64,000 bases of DNA from Candidatus Poribacteria bacterium (GTDB lineage: Bacteria; Poribacteria; WGA-4E; WGA-3G). The notes beneath the pieces were generated by a model. It made no database searches. It saw only the letters and a list, made by a program, of their open reading frames with translations, and was not told the origin of the DNA. Location: the NCBI GenBank assembly GCA_965215265.1, contig OZ244048.1:2592001-2656000 (forward strand), written 5' to 3'. The translations under genes and the position numbers were made by a program. The first letter of the stretch is position 1, and every line of letters begins with the position of its first letter. This document shows, one piece after another, positions 1 to 8,957 of the stretch.

Positions 1-20
1 ACCGAGGAACACTTTGACCG

Positions 21-224
21 TTAATCCGGACTCAAAGGTGCGGATGCCGCCTTCAATGTCGTAGCGCTGTGCCCAGGCTTGCCACTCATCTGCTTGTGAT
101 ACTCTTTCTCTTGCCAAATTGAATCTTCTCCTTTTGTATTGATTCTCAGAGACGTTTGTGGTATCAAACTCTCAACTTCAGACATGTCGCTCGACTCCGA
201 CTTTCGCGGAGTCAAGTTATTCAT
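21..224 (-). CDS. small hypothetical protein (67 aa), doubtful
   Basis: Start overlaps the stop of the 217..408 ORF (ATGAATAA), suggesting coupling; no recognisable motif. Confidence 0.3.
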   Translation of the reverse strand: MNNLTPRKSESSDMSEVESLIPQTSLRINTKGEDSIWQEKEYHKQMSGKPGHSATTLKAASAPLSPD

Positions 225-408
225 CGTCTGAGTCCTCTGAGTTTTCTCCAGTATCCCGTAATTCTTCCCAAAAATGGGCGCAGAAGATGCCGATGGTTAG
301 CACCAGTGCAGATAACATCTGCCACTGCCAACGGCCCCCAAGCACGAGAATGCTGAAGAGCCACAGCCCGGTCCCAAGAATGATAATAGCACTTGCAAGT
401 TTTTCCAT
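217..408 (-). CDS. small membrane protein (2 TM helices, acidic tail)
   Basis: Two hydrophobic segments, then EELRDTGENSEDSDDE; GGAGA upstream of the ATG. Confidence 0.55.
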   Translation of the reverse strand: MEKLASAIIILGTGLWLFSILVLGGRWQWQMLSALVLTIGIFCAHFWEELRDTGENSEDSDDE

Positions 409-413
409 TTTTT

Positions 414-487
414 GTATATCTCCGTACTGTAATTCGTATATCTCCGTAGTGTAAAAGGTTATGTTCTGTTTTTCGTATATCTCCGTA
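414..487. repeat. three exact copies of GTATATCTCCGTA (414-426, 436-448, 475-487)
   Basis: Read directly; the reverse complement TACGGAGATATAC contains the SD-like GGAGA. Confidence 0.85.
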
Positions 488-574
488 CCGTCGATGTCTA
501 TGCTTTTGCTGGTTCGTGTGTAAATCTCGTCGGAGATTGCTTAGGTAATGTCTTTAAAATTCAAAACACCAAAA

Positions 575-639
575 GGCTCAGACGAGATTTGTAAAGGATT
601 TAACAGAGCATCCGCCTTTATTGGGCTCCTGTAGACGAA
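575..639 (-). repeat. dispersed 65-bp intergenic element, copy B (diverged inverted copy at ~472-537; partial copy 644-664)
   Basis: Reverse complement aligns ungapped with 10960-11024 (52/65) and 15347-15411 (48/65), counted by hand. Confidence 0.75.
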
Positions 640-731
640 AGAGCGAGATTTGTAAAGGATTTAATATAGCAGCAACTGGCATCGGTTATTCTTTTAGGGC
701 GGTTAAACCCGCCCTTCCGGTCTATTCAGGA

Positions 732-3700
732 TTACCCTGCGGAGGACAACGTCGGATGCAAACCTGTTGTTCCTGATGTCTCTGCAGTGTTCCCGTTTTC
801 TTCCCGGCCTCGTTCATGGAATTCGGCACGTACATCTACACTGAAAGTTCGCCAAATTAGGAGTTGTTTCCGTAAGAGGTTAAGGAATCGCCGGTTAACC
901 CGTTTCCAAGAGGCGATCTCGCCACTCTCTCTATGGACATCCAACGTGATTTTATACAGGTCTTCCTCTTCACCGCCGACAGGTGATGTAACGAACTGAA
1001 TAGACTGACTCACCCCTAAGTCATACGGTGCTAACCAGACCATCATGCCGATTTGATATGCATCTTGCTCGGTATCGGTTTGGAAGGCGACCTGATCGGT
1101 GTAGAAATCGCTGGCGGATTCGTCAGCGTGTGCTTCAAAGTAGTCGCGCATAAAAACGTTCAAGCCGAGTGCTTCCTCTGCTAGTACGGTGAATGGCAGG
1201 TTGAAGTGCCACACGTCGCCCTCTGGTTCGGGGAGTTTCCATTTCCGCTCAATATCCGGCACTGCCATCCGTGACGCTTTAATAGCAGGGTACATGGTGC
1301 TGAGTAGGACAACCGCCATAACGATAATCGTTGCGACGACGGTGGACATGGAGGAGTAGTTGAGCGTCAGGCCGGCGAGCCAGCCGAAATTGACGAGGGT
1401 TGTCGCAATAGCTTGCCCCATAAGGTACCCGAGTACGGCACCGACGATTGCGTAGACACACGCCTCTGCCAGGAAGAGGAACGCGATATGAACGGGTGCG
1501 AGTCCGACAGAGCTGTAAATTCCGATTTCGCGTACGCGTTCGTAAACAGCCCCGAGCATGGTGTTGAGTACAATGAGCGCGGCGATGAGAATAGGTACGA
1601 AGAGATTGCCCATCCCGCTGAAGCTAGTCATGCCGATACTGCTATAGAGGTAAGTATCTTTATCGCGTCCGACAAAGAAGTCGAGCGCGATGCGGTTCAT
1701 CAGGGGTGCCATGATGAGATCTAACTTATCGATCGCTCCTAACAACTGCGGGTCATCTTGGCGGGGTTCCATGTTGACGGCGACGCTTCGCAGCGTGCCG
1801 CCTTGGTTCATGACGACTTCGTATGGTAGAACCGCCACGCTGTCCGGTGTAAGATGGAGGTATTTCTGGAGTTCACCTTCCAAGGTTTCGTCGCCGGTAC
1901 CGCCGCGGCTCCGTTGCTGTTGCATTAGCTGATAATCGACCGGTGTGAGTTCTTCGCCGTCGTTATCAGTGAGGTCTTTGAACCCGATGCCGAGTACGCC
2001 GACAACGGTAAAGTCTGCACCGTATACGGACACAGTGGCTTTGCCCATATCGCTTTCGGTAATCTTGAGCAATTCTGCCATTCCTTTGGGGAGCACAATT
2101 GCATAGGGCCATTCCGTGGGCCAGTCGGTGGAATCTTCAGGGGTAAACCATTTTCCGTATTCAAGGTACCGGTCTATACCTGTGACAGCGGGTTCTGCTT
2201 CATTCATGCCAACGAGCATATTGGCTGCAAAGGTTAACGCTTCGCCGGTGAGTGGGTTCGTCGGTGGCGAAGGATCTATGGTATTTGAGGTGCGCGTCAG
2301 TTGGACAAACGACTGGTCGCCGGTGCCAGAGGATTGGTACCAGGCGCGGGGTGCTACAATATTTCGCACGGTTAAGATGGGTTCATCTTCGATTTTCTCA
2401 ATGAAACCGTCCTGTTGCAAAGAGGTGAGTGCCGCGGCGACATCTATGGGTGGCCGGTCTTGCTTGACAAGTTGTTCATTTTTGCGTTCTAGGAGCCGCT
2501 CCAACGCGTCCACGGTGATTTGAGTCTTCTGCATGTCGTTCAGGACGGAAGTTAGCACAGGTTCCTCTAACGGGCGCCAGTACTGGTCTCGGATAAGGAG
2601 TCCGGTGTAACGCGGTGTGACTTGCGGCAAACTGGTGCGGTTCGGATGCATAAACGTCCGGACTGAGGTAAACGAAATCACGGTGAACGTCAGAATCACC
2701 AAGGTACTACAGGTGAGAATCGTCCGCCCTTTCCGTTTCCGCATGTTGGAAATGCCGAGGCTAAATGCTGCGGCACTCGCACTCAGTCTGCCGACATCTG
2801 CTTTGTAGAGTTTGTTGCCTTCCTGCCGAATTTTCTCTAATTGCTCCTCAAATTTTCGGACAATAATACTAATGACGATGACGGTGAGTGCCAATACAAC
2901 AAATGCGATTAAGATAATCACAGGTGTGGTCGTAATCTGGAACGCCGGATGCACCTGACTCAAGAAAAAGAAGACGAGCAGAAAGATGCCGAAGGTCCCT
3001 AAAATCTGTTTGTGAATATTGGGGAATCCGAAGATGAGGCGTTCCATAAAGTAAGCGAACGGCATTAATAGGGCGAGATAGAACATGACACCGTTGACAA
3101 CATCGTTTCCGGTCTGTTTGACATCTGGGTAGGCGCGTGATTCGTAGCCCCAGGCAGCACGCGCGAGCTTGAGCGCCTGCTGATAGTCATTCTGCAGCAG
3201 TTCAGCTTCGGCACGTGCTAAGTATTCATTGGCGAATTGGTGGAGCTTATCGAGCCGGTCGCTGGAGATACCGAACCGTTTGTAAAGGCGCGACCGGTTT
3301 TCATCGAGCCACCACATATCTCGGACGACGACGTAAGGGGTGAGCCGAATCTGCCCATTCTCCCGGACGACGAAGCCTTCACCGGTGTAGAGTGTCGGGT
3401 TCTTCATTCCGCTTTTTGTCGCTTTGATGAGCAAGAGGCGTTTGCCAATCTGGCCGTAAGCCATACCGACTTTGATGCGGGTTTCTGGCTCACTGTAAAC
3501 GAGCGCGATGGGCTCTGCCGCAGAGACACCTTCTTGCTGCCACGGTTTCGACATTCCAAACTTTTCGGGTGGGCTATCAGTGAGCGCATCGTATACTTCC
3601 AACTCGCGCAAAGTACGCAGATACCGCTGATCCACGAGGTCATAGATGGTAGTAGAAACACAAGGGAATGTGACGACTCGACAGCCTCTGCGCCGGGTGT

Positions 3701-6700
3701 TAATAGGTATCTTATTAGGTAGCAGCTTTGCGCCGTAATTGCCGAGGTCTGGTGCGTAGACAATGTCGCCGGAATCGGCATCAAGGATGTATGCCTCGAC
3801 TTCTTGTACGCCGCCGAGTCGTCGTGTAGCTCTGCCTTCCATGGCTAATCCGGCGACTTCAAAATTGCCTTTGTTATCGCCCATGACAAACAGGTCTCCT
3901 CGGACCCCCATCATGGTTTTGTGCTTCCGCCGGAGGGTCAAAATGGGGTATGGCACTGGTTTATTGGGCAGTGCGGATTCGCGTGCGTCAAATTCAACGA
4001 CATCGCCGAAGAGGTTACAATAGAAATTGCCGACACGTGCGGCGGTAGGCATTTCTGGATCTCGGAGTGCCTGCAGGAGCAATGAGGCTAGCGTCTGTGC
4101 CTGCTGATGGAGGTTTCCGTCTTGTCGCAGATCGACGCGGTCGATGGTATCGAGGGGTGTGTCTGTTAAGACGCGTGCATCCTCAATGGTGGCAAAAGCG
4201 ATGCCGGTTTTGCCGACGAGCGTGGCGACTTCGCTGTCAAAGGCGATTTTCCCTGGGATGTAGGTTTTCCACGTTTTGCCGCCACTGGCAGAGATTGCGT
4301 TGATGAAGTTGGATTCGCCGCCAAGCCCGGCAATACCGATGAGTATCTTAATATCCTCTATTTCTTCCTCGCTGAACGTCTCGGGATCTTCGTGTCGTAG
4401 TCGTAACATGGCATTGAGTCGTTCCCGGGTGCGGATATTGTTTTTTCGGTTCTTTTTTGCTGTTCGGACATCGTTTCGGATAAACCGTTCGACCTCTTTT
4501 CGGACATAATCCATATCCTTGAGCAGATCTTCGGAAGGTTCGCCGCGGTTACGCCACTGCTCAAACTGCATTTTCATGAGTCGGCTGACTCCGCTGAGTC
4601 CGGTGAGTTTTGCGTAGTGTGAGCTGAGTAAGGTTTCCAAGGTTTTCCCTTCGAGTGCGGTTTTGTCGGAGATGCCGCCGGCGACGTTCCATTGTTGTGC
4701 CATCACAGCCTGCCGGATCTGGTCATCTGTCCACTGCCAGAGTTTTCGGACACGTACGCCAAAATCTGCGTCCTCGGCATAAGATGCGAGTTTATTCCCG
4801 ATACTGGCAAACTCGCGTCGCAGTACAAATTCCGGCTGCTGGTCGTAGAACCAGCCCTTATTGAACACCCCGAACTGGTTTGATTGCGATGACAAGTCAA
4901 TACTGACATAAAGAGATGTGTAGTAACGGTTAAAGAGGTCTTGTAGAGAGATTGCAGCCTCAATCTGTGTGAGTTTTCGGTAATATTCGTCCGGGTCAAT
5001 GCGTCCCATCTTTTCTATACGACTTTGGATATTGCGGAACCGGGCATTCCGGAGGGTTAGCATGTTATCTCGGAGGAGGACTTTCGTCTCCTCATCTAAA
5101 TCCCCGGTCAGCGTAGGTAGCCGCTCATAGAGGTTGTGGAGTGCAACGATATCAGATTCTGCGCGCTGGGTGACACGTTCAAATAGAGAGGTTTCGGTGA
5201 TATGCGCGGCGATAACCGAACGGACATCAAGCGCCTGCTCGACATCATCCGGTGAGAGATAGTTATTCAGAATGAGTTGCTCTTCGGCTAAGTACTCCCG
5301 TCCTAACGTTTCATGTGTTGCGAGGAGGTTCTGGATACGTATGCGTTCTAATCGTGCATTCCGTAGGGCGATTTCAAAGAGGCTCTGCTTATCCTTCAAG
5401 AGATCGGCGATTAAGATGGTATTGCTTTCCGCGGTGGTGTCTGTATCCTCGGATTCGGTTAATCGTTGTTTGAGTTGTGCGTCCACAGTGTTGAGGCGCT
5501 GCAAGCCGCCTACGGAGAGATACCGGGTGCTGTAGAGCAGAGAATCTGCGGCTGCCCCGAGCGGTGCCTCCTTCAATCTGCGGATACTCGATTTAATCTG
5601 ATCTTCAATCGGTTGGCTGTCTGTGATAGAGCTTGCTATCTTTTCAAGGAGTGCTTTTTCGCGTTGGATGGCGGCTTCAAAAGAGTCAGAGGCATTTCCG
5701 AGTACTTTGCGTGCGGCTTTAGCGCGATTCAACGTGGGCAAATCAAGGTGCCGGTCGAGGATTTTCTCGGGTGTCCACATTAAGGCGAATTTGCGCTTGT
5801 CACTGAGCTCCCAATCTGCGACGGTGTTATTCAGCATTTCAATGTCTGCGACAAGTTCCTGCGGCAAGTCCGGGGGCGGTGGGATGTACCAGTCGGATCC
5901 ACGTTGTTCTGGGATGAGGTAGGCGGTGTTGGGATGTGTCCCGTAACTGGAGCTCTGCTTCGCCTGGTCAATGTCACGGATGAGTTTCTCGACGGCCCAG
6001 GTGTCGAGCCGTGCGATGGGGAGTGCAAGTTTTTCGATCAGGTCACGTTGTGCGATGCGACTGGTGTCTAGCGCGACGGTCCGGATATCTGCTAACCGTT
6101 GTACAATGTCTCGTAGGAAATGGGTAGTTTGAAGTGCCTCTTTCTTTGCCCGGGCTAAGTTGGCGAGGAGTCGGCTTTTTTCTTCACCGGTAAACCCTTG
6201 TTTCTCACGTTTTCTATTCCGGTCAGTCTGCTTTTTCTGGCGTTCGGAGAAATCGCGCTGTTCTTCGTTGAGTAAATCGATCTGCGACCGGGTTTCGGCG
6301 AGTCCATCCAGCGTTATTACCAAGGAGTCTAAATCAGATTTAACAGTGTGGATGCCGTAAAAGAAATCTGCGGGCAAATCGACCAGTACGCTTCGATCGA
6401 TGGAGAGGAGGAGTCTTCTGCCGAGTTCCTCAAATTCAATAATATCGGTGGAAAGTCCGCGTCGGAGTCCGTGCATTGTGGGGGTTCCTGGGGAATCGGT
6501 TGCTCCGCCAACAATATCCTGCCCAATGCCTTCCATGAAGGCGCGCATTCCGGCGAGTCCTTGGAAGTGTGCGTCGATAGCGACGAACAGTACAGAGCGT
6601 CCTGGTCGGTATTCTGGCAAACTGAAGAGGCGTGCGAGCTCAAGTAGCACGGCGATTCCGCCGGTTGGATCTGCGCCGGGTGCCATGGCAGGGACGATGG

Positions 6701-8102
6701 ACATGGAATCGTAATATGCTGTGAGGACGACGAGTTCGTCGCGAAGTGCCGGGTCTCCGCCTTCCAAAAAGCCGCGGATGTTTTGCCCGATGCCGCGTGT
6801 CCATCTCATTTGTCCGCGGACGCGGACGTTCACGTTTTGCTCCTGCGCGAGCATCGCTTGGAGTGCCGCGCCATCTGCTTTGGATATCCAAAAACGTGGG
6901 ATGTTTGCAGGGACGGTGCCGAACTTGTTCTCTGCCTCGCCACGAATTGTGGTTTCCGGTTCAATGAAGATGATGGCTGTCCCGCCGAGCATCTGTGCGT
7001 TGATATAGCGGGTGCTGGAATTAAAATCGAGGAGGACGATAGCGCCTTTGGGTATGAAAATGTGAGATTCGCTGGCGGCGACAAATTCGCCGGATTCATC
7101 AATTTGTCCGTCGTTGTTATTATCAATACCATCAGTCGCGTCGCCGGGAATCTCATCGGTCCAGCCATCGGCATCGTTATCAATGCCGTCGGAGGCCCAT
7201 CCACGGATTTCAGAAAGGAGTGGAATCTCGCCGTATTCATCAACGGTGCCGTCTTCGTCGTTATCGATGCCGTCGGATGCTTTCTGGAGATGTCCGTTGA
7301 GTACATCATCGGTGATGCTAGCTTCTGTGATGCGTTGTCGGCGTGCGAGCCCTGGGAGGGTATCTCCGTCTTGGAGTGCGTACCAAAAACCCCCGATCGG
7401 TGTGCCGTTGAAATCCGCGAGCTCCGCATCATCGCCGTAAAGCAGTGGGCCAGACAAACCCCCGGTGGGAATATAGACGGTGCTTCCTTCTACAACGGGT
7501 GTCGCAAGAAACCTATTTTTTTCATGTGCGCGGATAATGTCCGTTTCTACTTGGTAACTTTGGGCGATCTGTTCAAGGGTTTCACCCGCCAAGACGGTAT
7601 GTTTGATGCCATCAGCAAGGAGAGGTGTGCGGACCAGGTTCGGCCAAAAAGGTGTCAGTTTAAAGGTGTGTAGCACAGCGTCCTCGGTGGAAAGCACCTC
7701 AATGACACTATCGCCGTAGTCAATAGGGACGGTGACAGTAAATTCACGGCTTTCAACATTTTGTAAGCCGATGTCCACAAGCCGGTCGAAGATGTATTTG
7801 CTGCCGCTGGCGGCTTGCGGGTAACCGGTCACGCGCGTCTGAAGACTTGAGAGGCGTGCGATGTCTTTTCGAAGATTGCCGATAGATAACTCGTCTCGGA
7901 TTTGGATTGCTGCGGCCTTCATGCCGGGGTCGGATGTCTGTGCAACGCTACTCGGATTTAAGATAAATCCGAGCGATAGACAGAACCACGCCGTAAGAAG
8001 GTGTACGGATATATGGATTCGGGACATAAAATTCTCCATTGGTTTTTCTTTTTTTCGGTTCAGTCTCATTTCTCTTCTGAAAATCGAAAAATTTGCTTTC
8101 AC
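732..8102 (-). CDS. giant membrane protein: signal peptide, M28-peptidase-like/PA fold with 2 LysM and 3 DGIDNDxDG repeats, helical inserts, TM helices, C-terminal MacB/FtsX-like permease
   Basis: TAYYDS...PGAD, HTVLAGETLEQIAQSY, DGIDNDEDGTVDE and NTMLGAVYERVREIGIYSSVGL motifs; true start may be 8039 or 8027. Confidence 0.85.
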   Translation of the reverse strand: MKANFSIFRREMRLNRKKEKPMENFMSRIHISVHLLTAWFCLSLGFILNPSSVAQTSDPGMKAAAIQIRDELSIGNLRKDIARLSSLQTRVTGYPQAASGSKYIFDRLVDIGLQNVESREFTVTVPIDYGDSVIEVLSTEDAVLHTFKLTPFWPNLVRTPLLADGIKHTVLAGETLEQIAQSYQVETDIIRAHEKNRFLATPVVEGSTVYIPTGGLSGPLLYGDDAELADFNGTPIGGFWYALQDGDTLPGLARRQRITEASITDDVLNGHLQKASDGIDNDEDGTVDEYGEIPLLSEIRGWASDGIDNDADGWTDEIPGDATDGIDNNNDGQIDESGEFVAASESHIFIPKGAIVLLDFNSSTRYINAQMLGGTAIIFIEPETTIRGEAENKFGTVPANIPRFWISKADGAALQAMLAQEQNVNVRVRGQMRWTRGIGQNIRGFLEGGDPALRDELVVLTAYYDSMSIVPAMAPGADPTGGIAVLLELARLFSLPEYRPGRSVLFVAIDAHFQGLAGMRAFMEGIGQDIVGGATDSPGTPTMHGLRRGLSTDIIEFEELGRRLLLSIDRSVLVDLPADFFYGIHTVKSDLDSLVITLDGLAETRSQIDLLNEEQRDFSERQKKQTDRNRKREKQGFTGEEKSRLLANLARAKKEALQTTHFLRDIVQRLADIRTVALDTSRIAQRDLIEKLALPIARLDTWAVEKLIRDIDQAKQSSSYGTHPNTAYLIPEQRGSDWYIPPPPDLPQELVADIEMLNNTVADWELSDKRKFALMWTPEKILDRHLDLPTLNRAKAARKVLGNASDSFEAAIQREKALLEKIASSITDSQPIEDQIKSSIRRLKEAPLGAAADSLLYSTRYLSVGGLQRLNTVDAQLKQRLTESEDTDTTAESNTILIADLLKDKQSLFEIALRNARLERIRIQNLLATHETLGREYLAEEQLILNNYLSPDDVEQALDVRSVIAAHITETSLFERVTQRAESDIVALHNLYERLPTLTGDLDEETKVLLRDNMLTLRNARFRNIQSRIEKMGRIDPDEYYRKLTQIEAAISLQDLFNRYYTSLYVSIDLSSQSNQFGVFNKGWFYDQQPEFVLRREFASIGNKLASYAEDADFGVRVRKLWQWTDDQIRQAVMAQQWNVAGGISDKTALEGKTLETLLSSHYAKLTGLSGVSRLMKMQFEQWRNRGEPSEDLLKDMDYVRKEVERFIRNDVRTAKKNRKNNIRTRERLNAMLRLRHEDPETFSEEEIEDIKILIGIAGLGGESNFINAISASGGKTWKTYIPGKIAFDSEVATLVGKTGIAFATIEDARVLTDTPLDTIDRVDLRQDGNLHQQAQTLASLLLQALRDPEMPTAARVGNFYCNLFGDVVEFDARESALPNKPVPYPILTLRRKHKTMMGVRGDLFVMGDNKGNFEVAGLAMEGRATRRLGGVQEVEAYILDADSGDIVYAPDLGNYGAKLLPNKIPINTRRRGCRVVTFPCVSTTIYDLVDQRYLRTLRELEVYDALTDSPPEKFGMSKPWQQEGVSAAEPIALVYSEPETRIKVGMAYGQIGKRLLLIKATKSGMKNPTLYTGEGFVVRENGQIRLTPYVVVRDMWWLDENRSRLYKRFGISSDRLDKLHQFANEYLARAEAELLQNDYQQALKLARAAWGYESRAYPDVKQTGNDVVNGVMFYLALLMPFAYFMERLIFGFPNIHKQILGTFGIFLLVFFFLSQVHPAFQITTTPVIILIAFVVLALTVIVISIIVRKFEEQLEKIRQEGNKLYKADVGRLSASAAAFSLGISNMRKRKGRTILTCSTLVILTFTVISFTSVRTFMHPNRTSLPQVTPRYTGLLIRDQYWRPLEEPVLTSVLNDMQKTQITVDALERLLERKNEQLVKQDRPPIDVAAALTSLQQDGFIEKIEDEPILTVRNIVAPRAWYQSSGTGDQSFVQLTRTSNTIDPSPPTNPLTGEALTFAANMLVGMNEAEPAVTGIDRYLEYGKWFTPEDSTDWPTEWPYAIVLPKGMAELLKITESDMGKATVSVYGADFTVVGVLGIGFKDLTDNDGEELTPVDYQLMQQQRSRGGTGDETLEGELQKYLHLTPDSVAVLPYEVVMNQGGTLRSVAVNMEPRQDDPQLLGAIDKLDLIMAPLMNRIALDFFVGRDKDTYLYSSIGMTSFSGMGNLFVPILIAALIVLNTMLGAVYERVREIGIYSSVGLAPVHIAFLFLAEACVYAIVGAVLGYLMGQAIATTLVNFGWLAGLTLNYSSMSTVVATIIVMAVVLLSTMYPAIKASRMAVPDIERKWKLPEPEGDVWHFNLPFTVLAEEALGLNVFMRDYFEAHADESASDFYTDQVAFQTDTEQDAYQIGMMVWLAPYDLGVSQSIQFVTSPVGGEEEDLYKITLDVHRESGEIASWKRVNRRFLNLLRKQLLIWRTFSVDVRAEFHERGREENGNTAETSGTTGLHPTLSSAG

Positions 8103-8255
8103 GCAAAAGGCACTCTATGGTTTCCATCAACGAACGAAAACGTGAAGGTTTGCGGTATTGCCCGTCAATCTGGTTCTAATTTTCATTTCAATATGGATTA
8201 TTGCAAAACTTTTCATTAAGTGTATCATAATTTCATTTTTTTTGGCAACTTAAAT

Positions 8256-8285
8256 TTGCATCTGACGTGGCCTTAAGGTTATAAT
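8256..8285 (+). promoter_or_regulatory. sigma70-like promoter for the XRE gene
   Basis: TTGCAT-N18-TATAAT. Confidence 0.45.
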
Positions 8286-8321
8286 ATATTTTACTTTAAG
8301 GTTTTAAAGGAGTTAATATGT

Positions 8322-8654
8322 ATGAATAAAGACAAGGTTGCCTTGCGTATAAAACAACGCCGGCATGAATTGCGGATAACGCAGACAGAATTAGCACAGA
8401 TTTCAGGGTTGACTCCGGCTGCAATTTCCCAATTTGAAGCAGGTACCCGGCACCCTTCGTTCAAGACACTCTCCGCTTTATCTAATGCGTTGAAAGTCAC
8501 ATCCGATTTCCTGATCGGTCAGACAGAAAAGCGTTACGAAGATCTTTTAGCCGACCCACGGGTTAGCGCGATGCTTAAGGGTATGATGGATTTGAACGAG
8601 TCAGACAAGGAGATACTCTTTAAATTCTACGAATTTCTGAAATCAAGACAATGA
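8322..8654 (+). CDS. XRE/Cro-CI family HTH transcriptional regulator
   Basis: ITQTELAQISGLTPAAISQFEAGTRHPS HTH_3 signature; AAGGAG RBS. Confidence 0.92.
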   Translation: MNKDKVALRIKQRRHELRITQTELAQISGLTPAAISQFEAGTRHPSFKTLSALSNALKVTSDFLIGQTEKRYEDLLADPRVSAMLKGMMDLNESDKEILFKFYEFLKSRQ

Positions 8655-8764
8655 TTTCGGATTCTAAATAACACCACTGCCAAAATCAGAGACAATCGTG
8701 AGATTAAATGATTTCAGATTCTAAATAACACCACTTTCAAAATTAGAGACAATTGCGAGATTAA
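8651..8764. repeat. 57-bp tandem duplication (51/57 identical)
   Basis: ATGATTTCGGATTCTAAATAACACCAC...GAGATTAA at 8651-8707 and 8708-8764. Confidence 0.9.
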
Positions 8765-8957
8765 AAGAACCATCATGTGCTAAAGTTGTTTTTTTTTTCT
8801 GAATCAGGTTTATAGTATTAGAGCCGTTGCGGTGGTGTGATGCGTGCTATACGCGTACTACGCTGCTGGTTCGAAATGCGAGCGGTATATCGCGCACAGG
8901 GGGGGCGAGCTCCTGTGCGTGCCTTTGTCAGAGGCGCGTAGACAATTGGAACGTCGC

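Noticed and set aside
696-715. Hairpin AGGGCGG/CCGCCCT after the giant gene
   Set aside because: No U-tract in the minus-strand direction, so not called as an intrinsic terminator.
6783-7673. 296-aa plus-strand ORF and many other short antisense ORFs
   Set aside because: Fully overlap well-supported opposite-strand genes; no independent signals.
8860-8885. GGTTCGAAAT T-loop-like motif suggesting a tRNA
   Set aside because: No acceptor stem, anticodon arm or CCA; kept only as a weak sRNA candidate.
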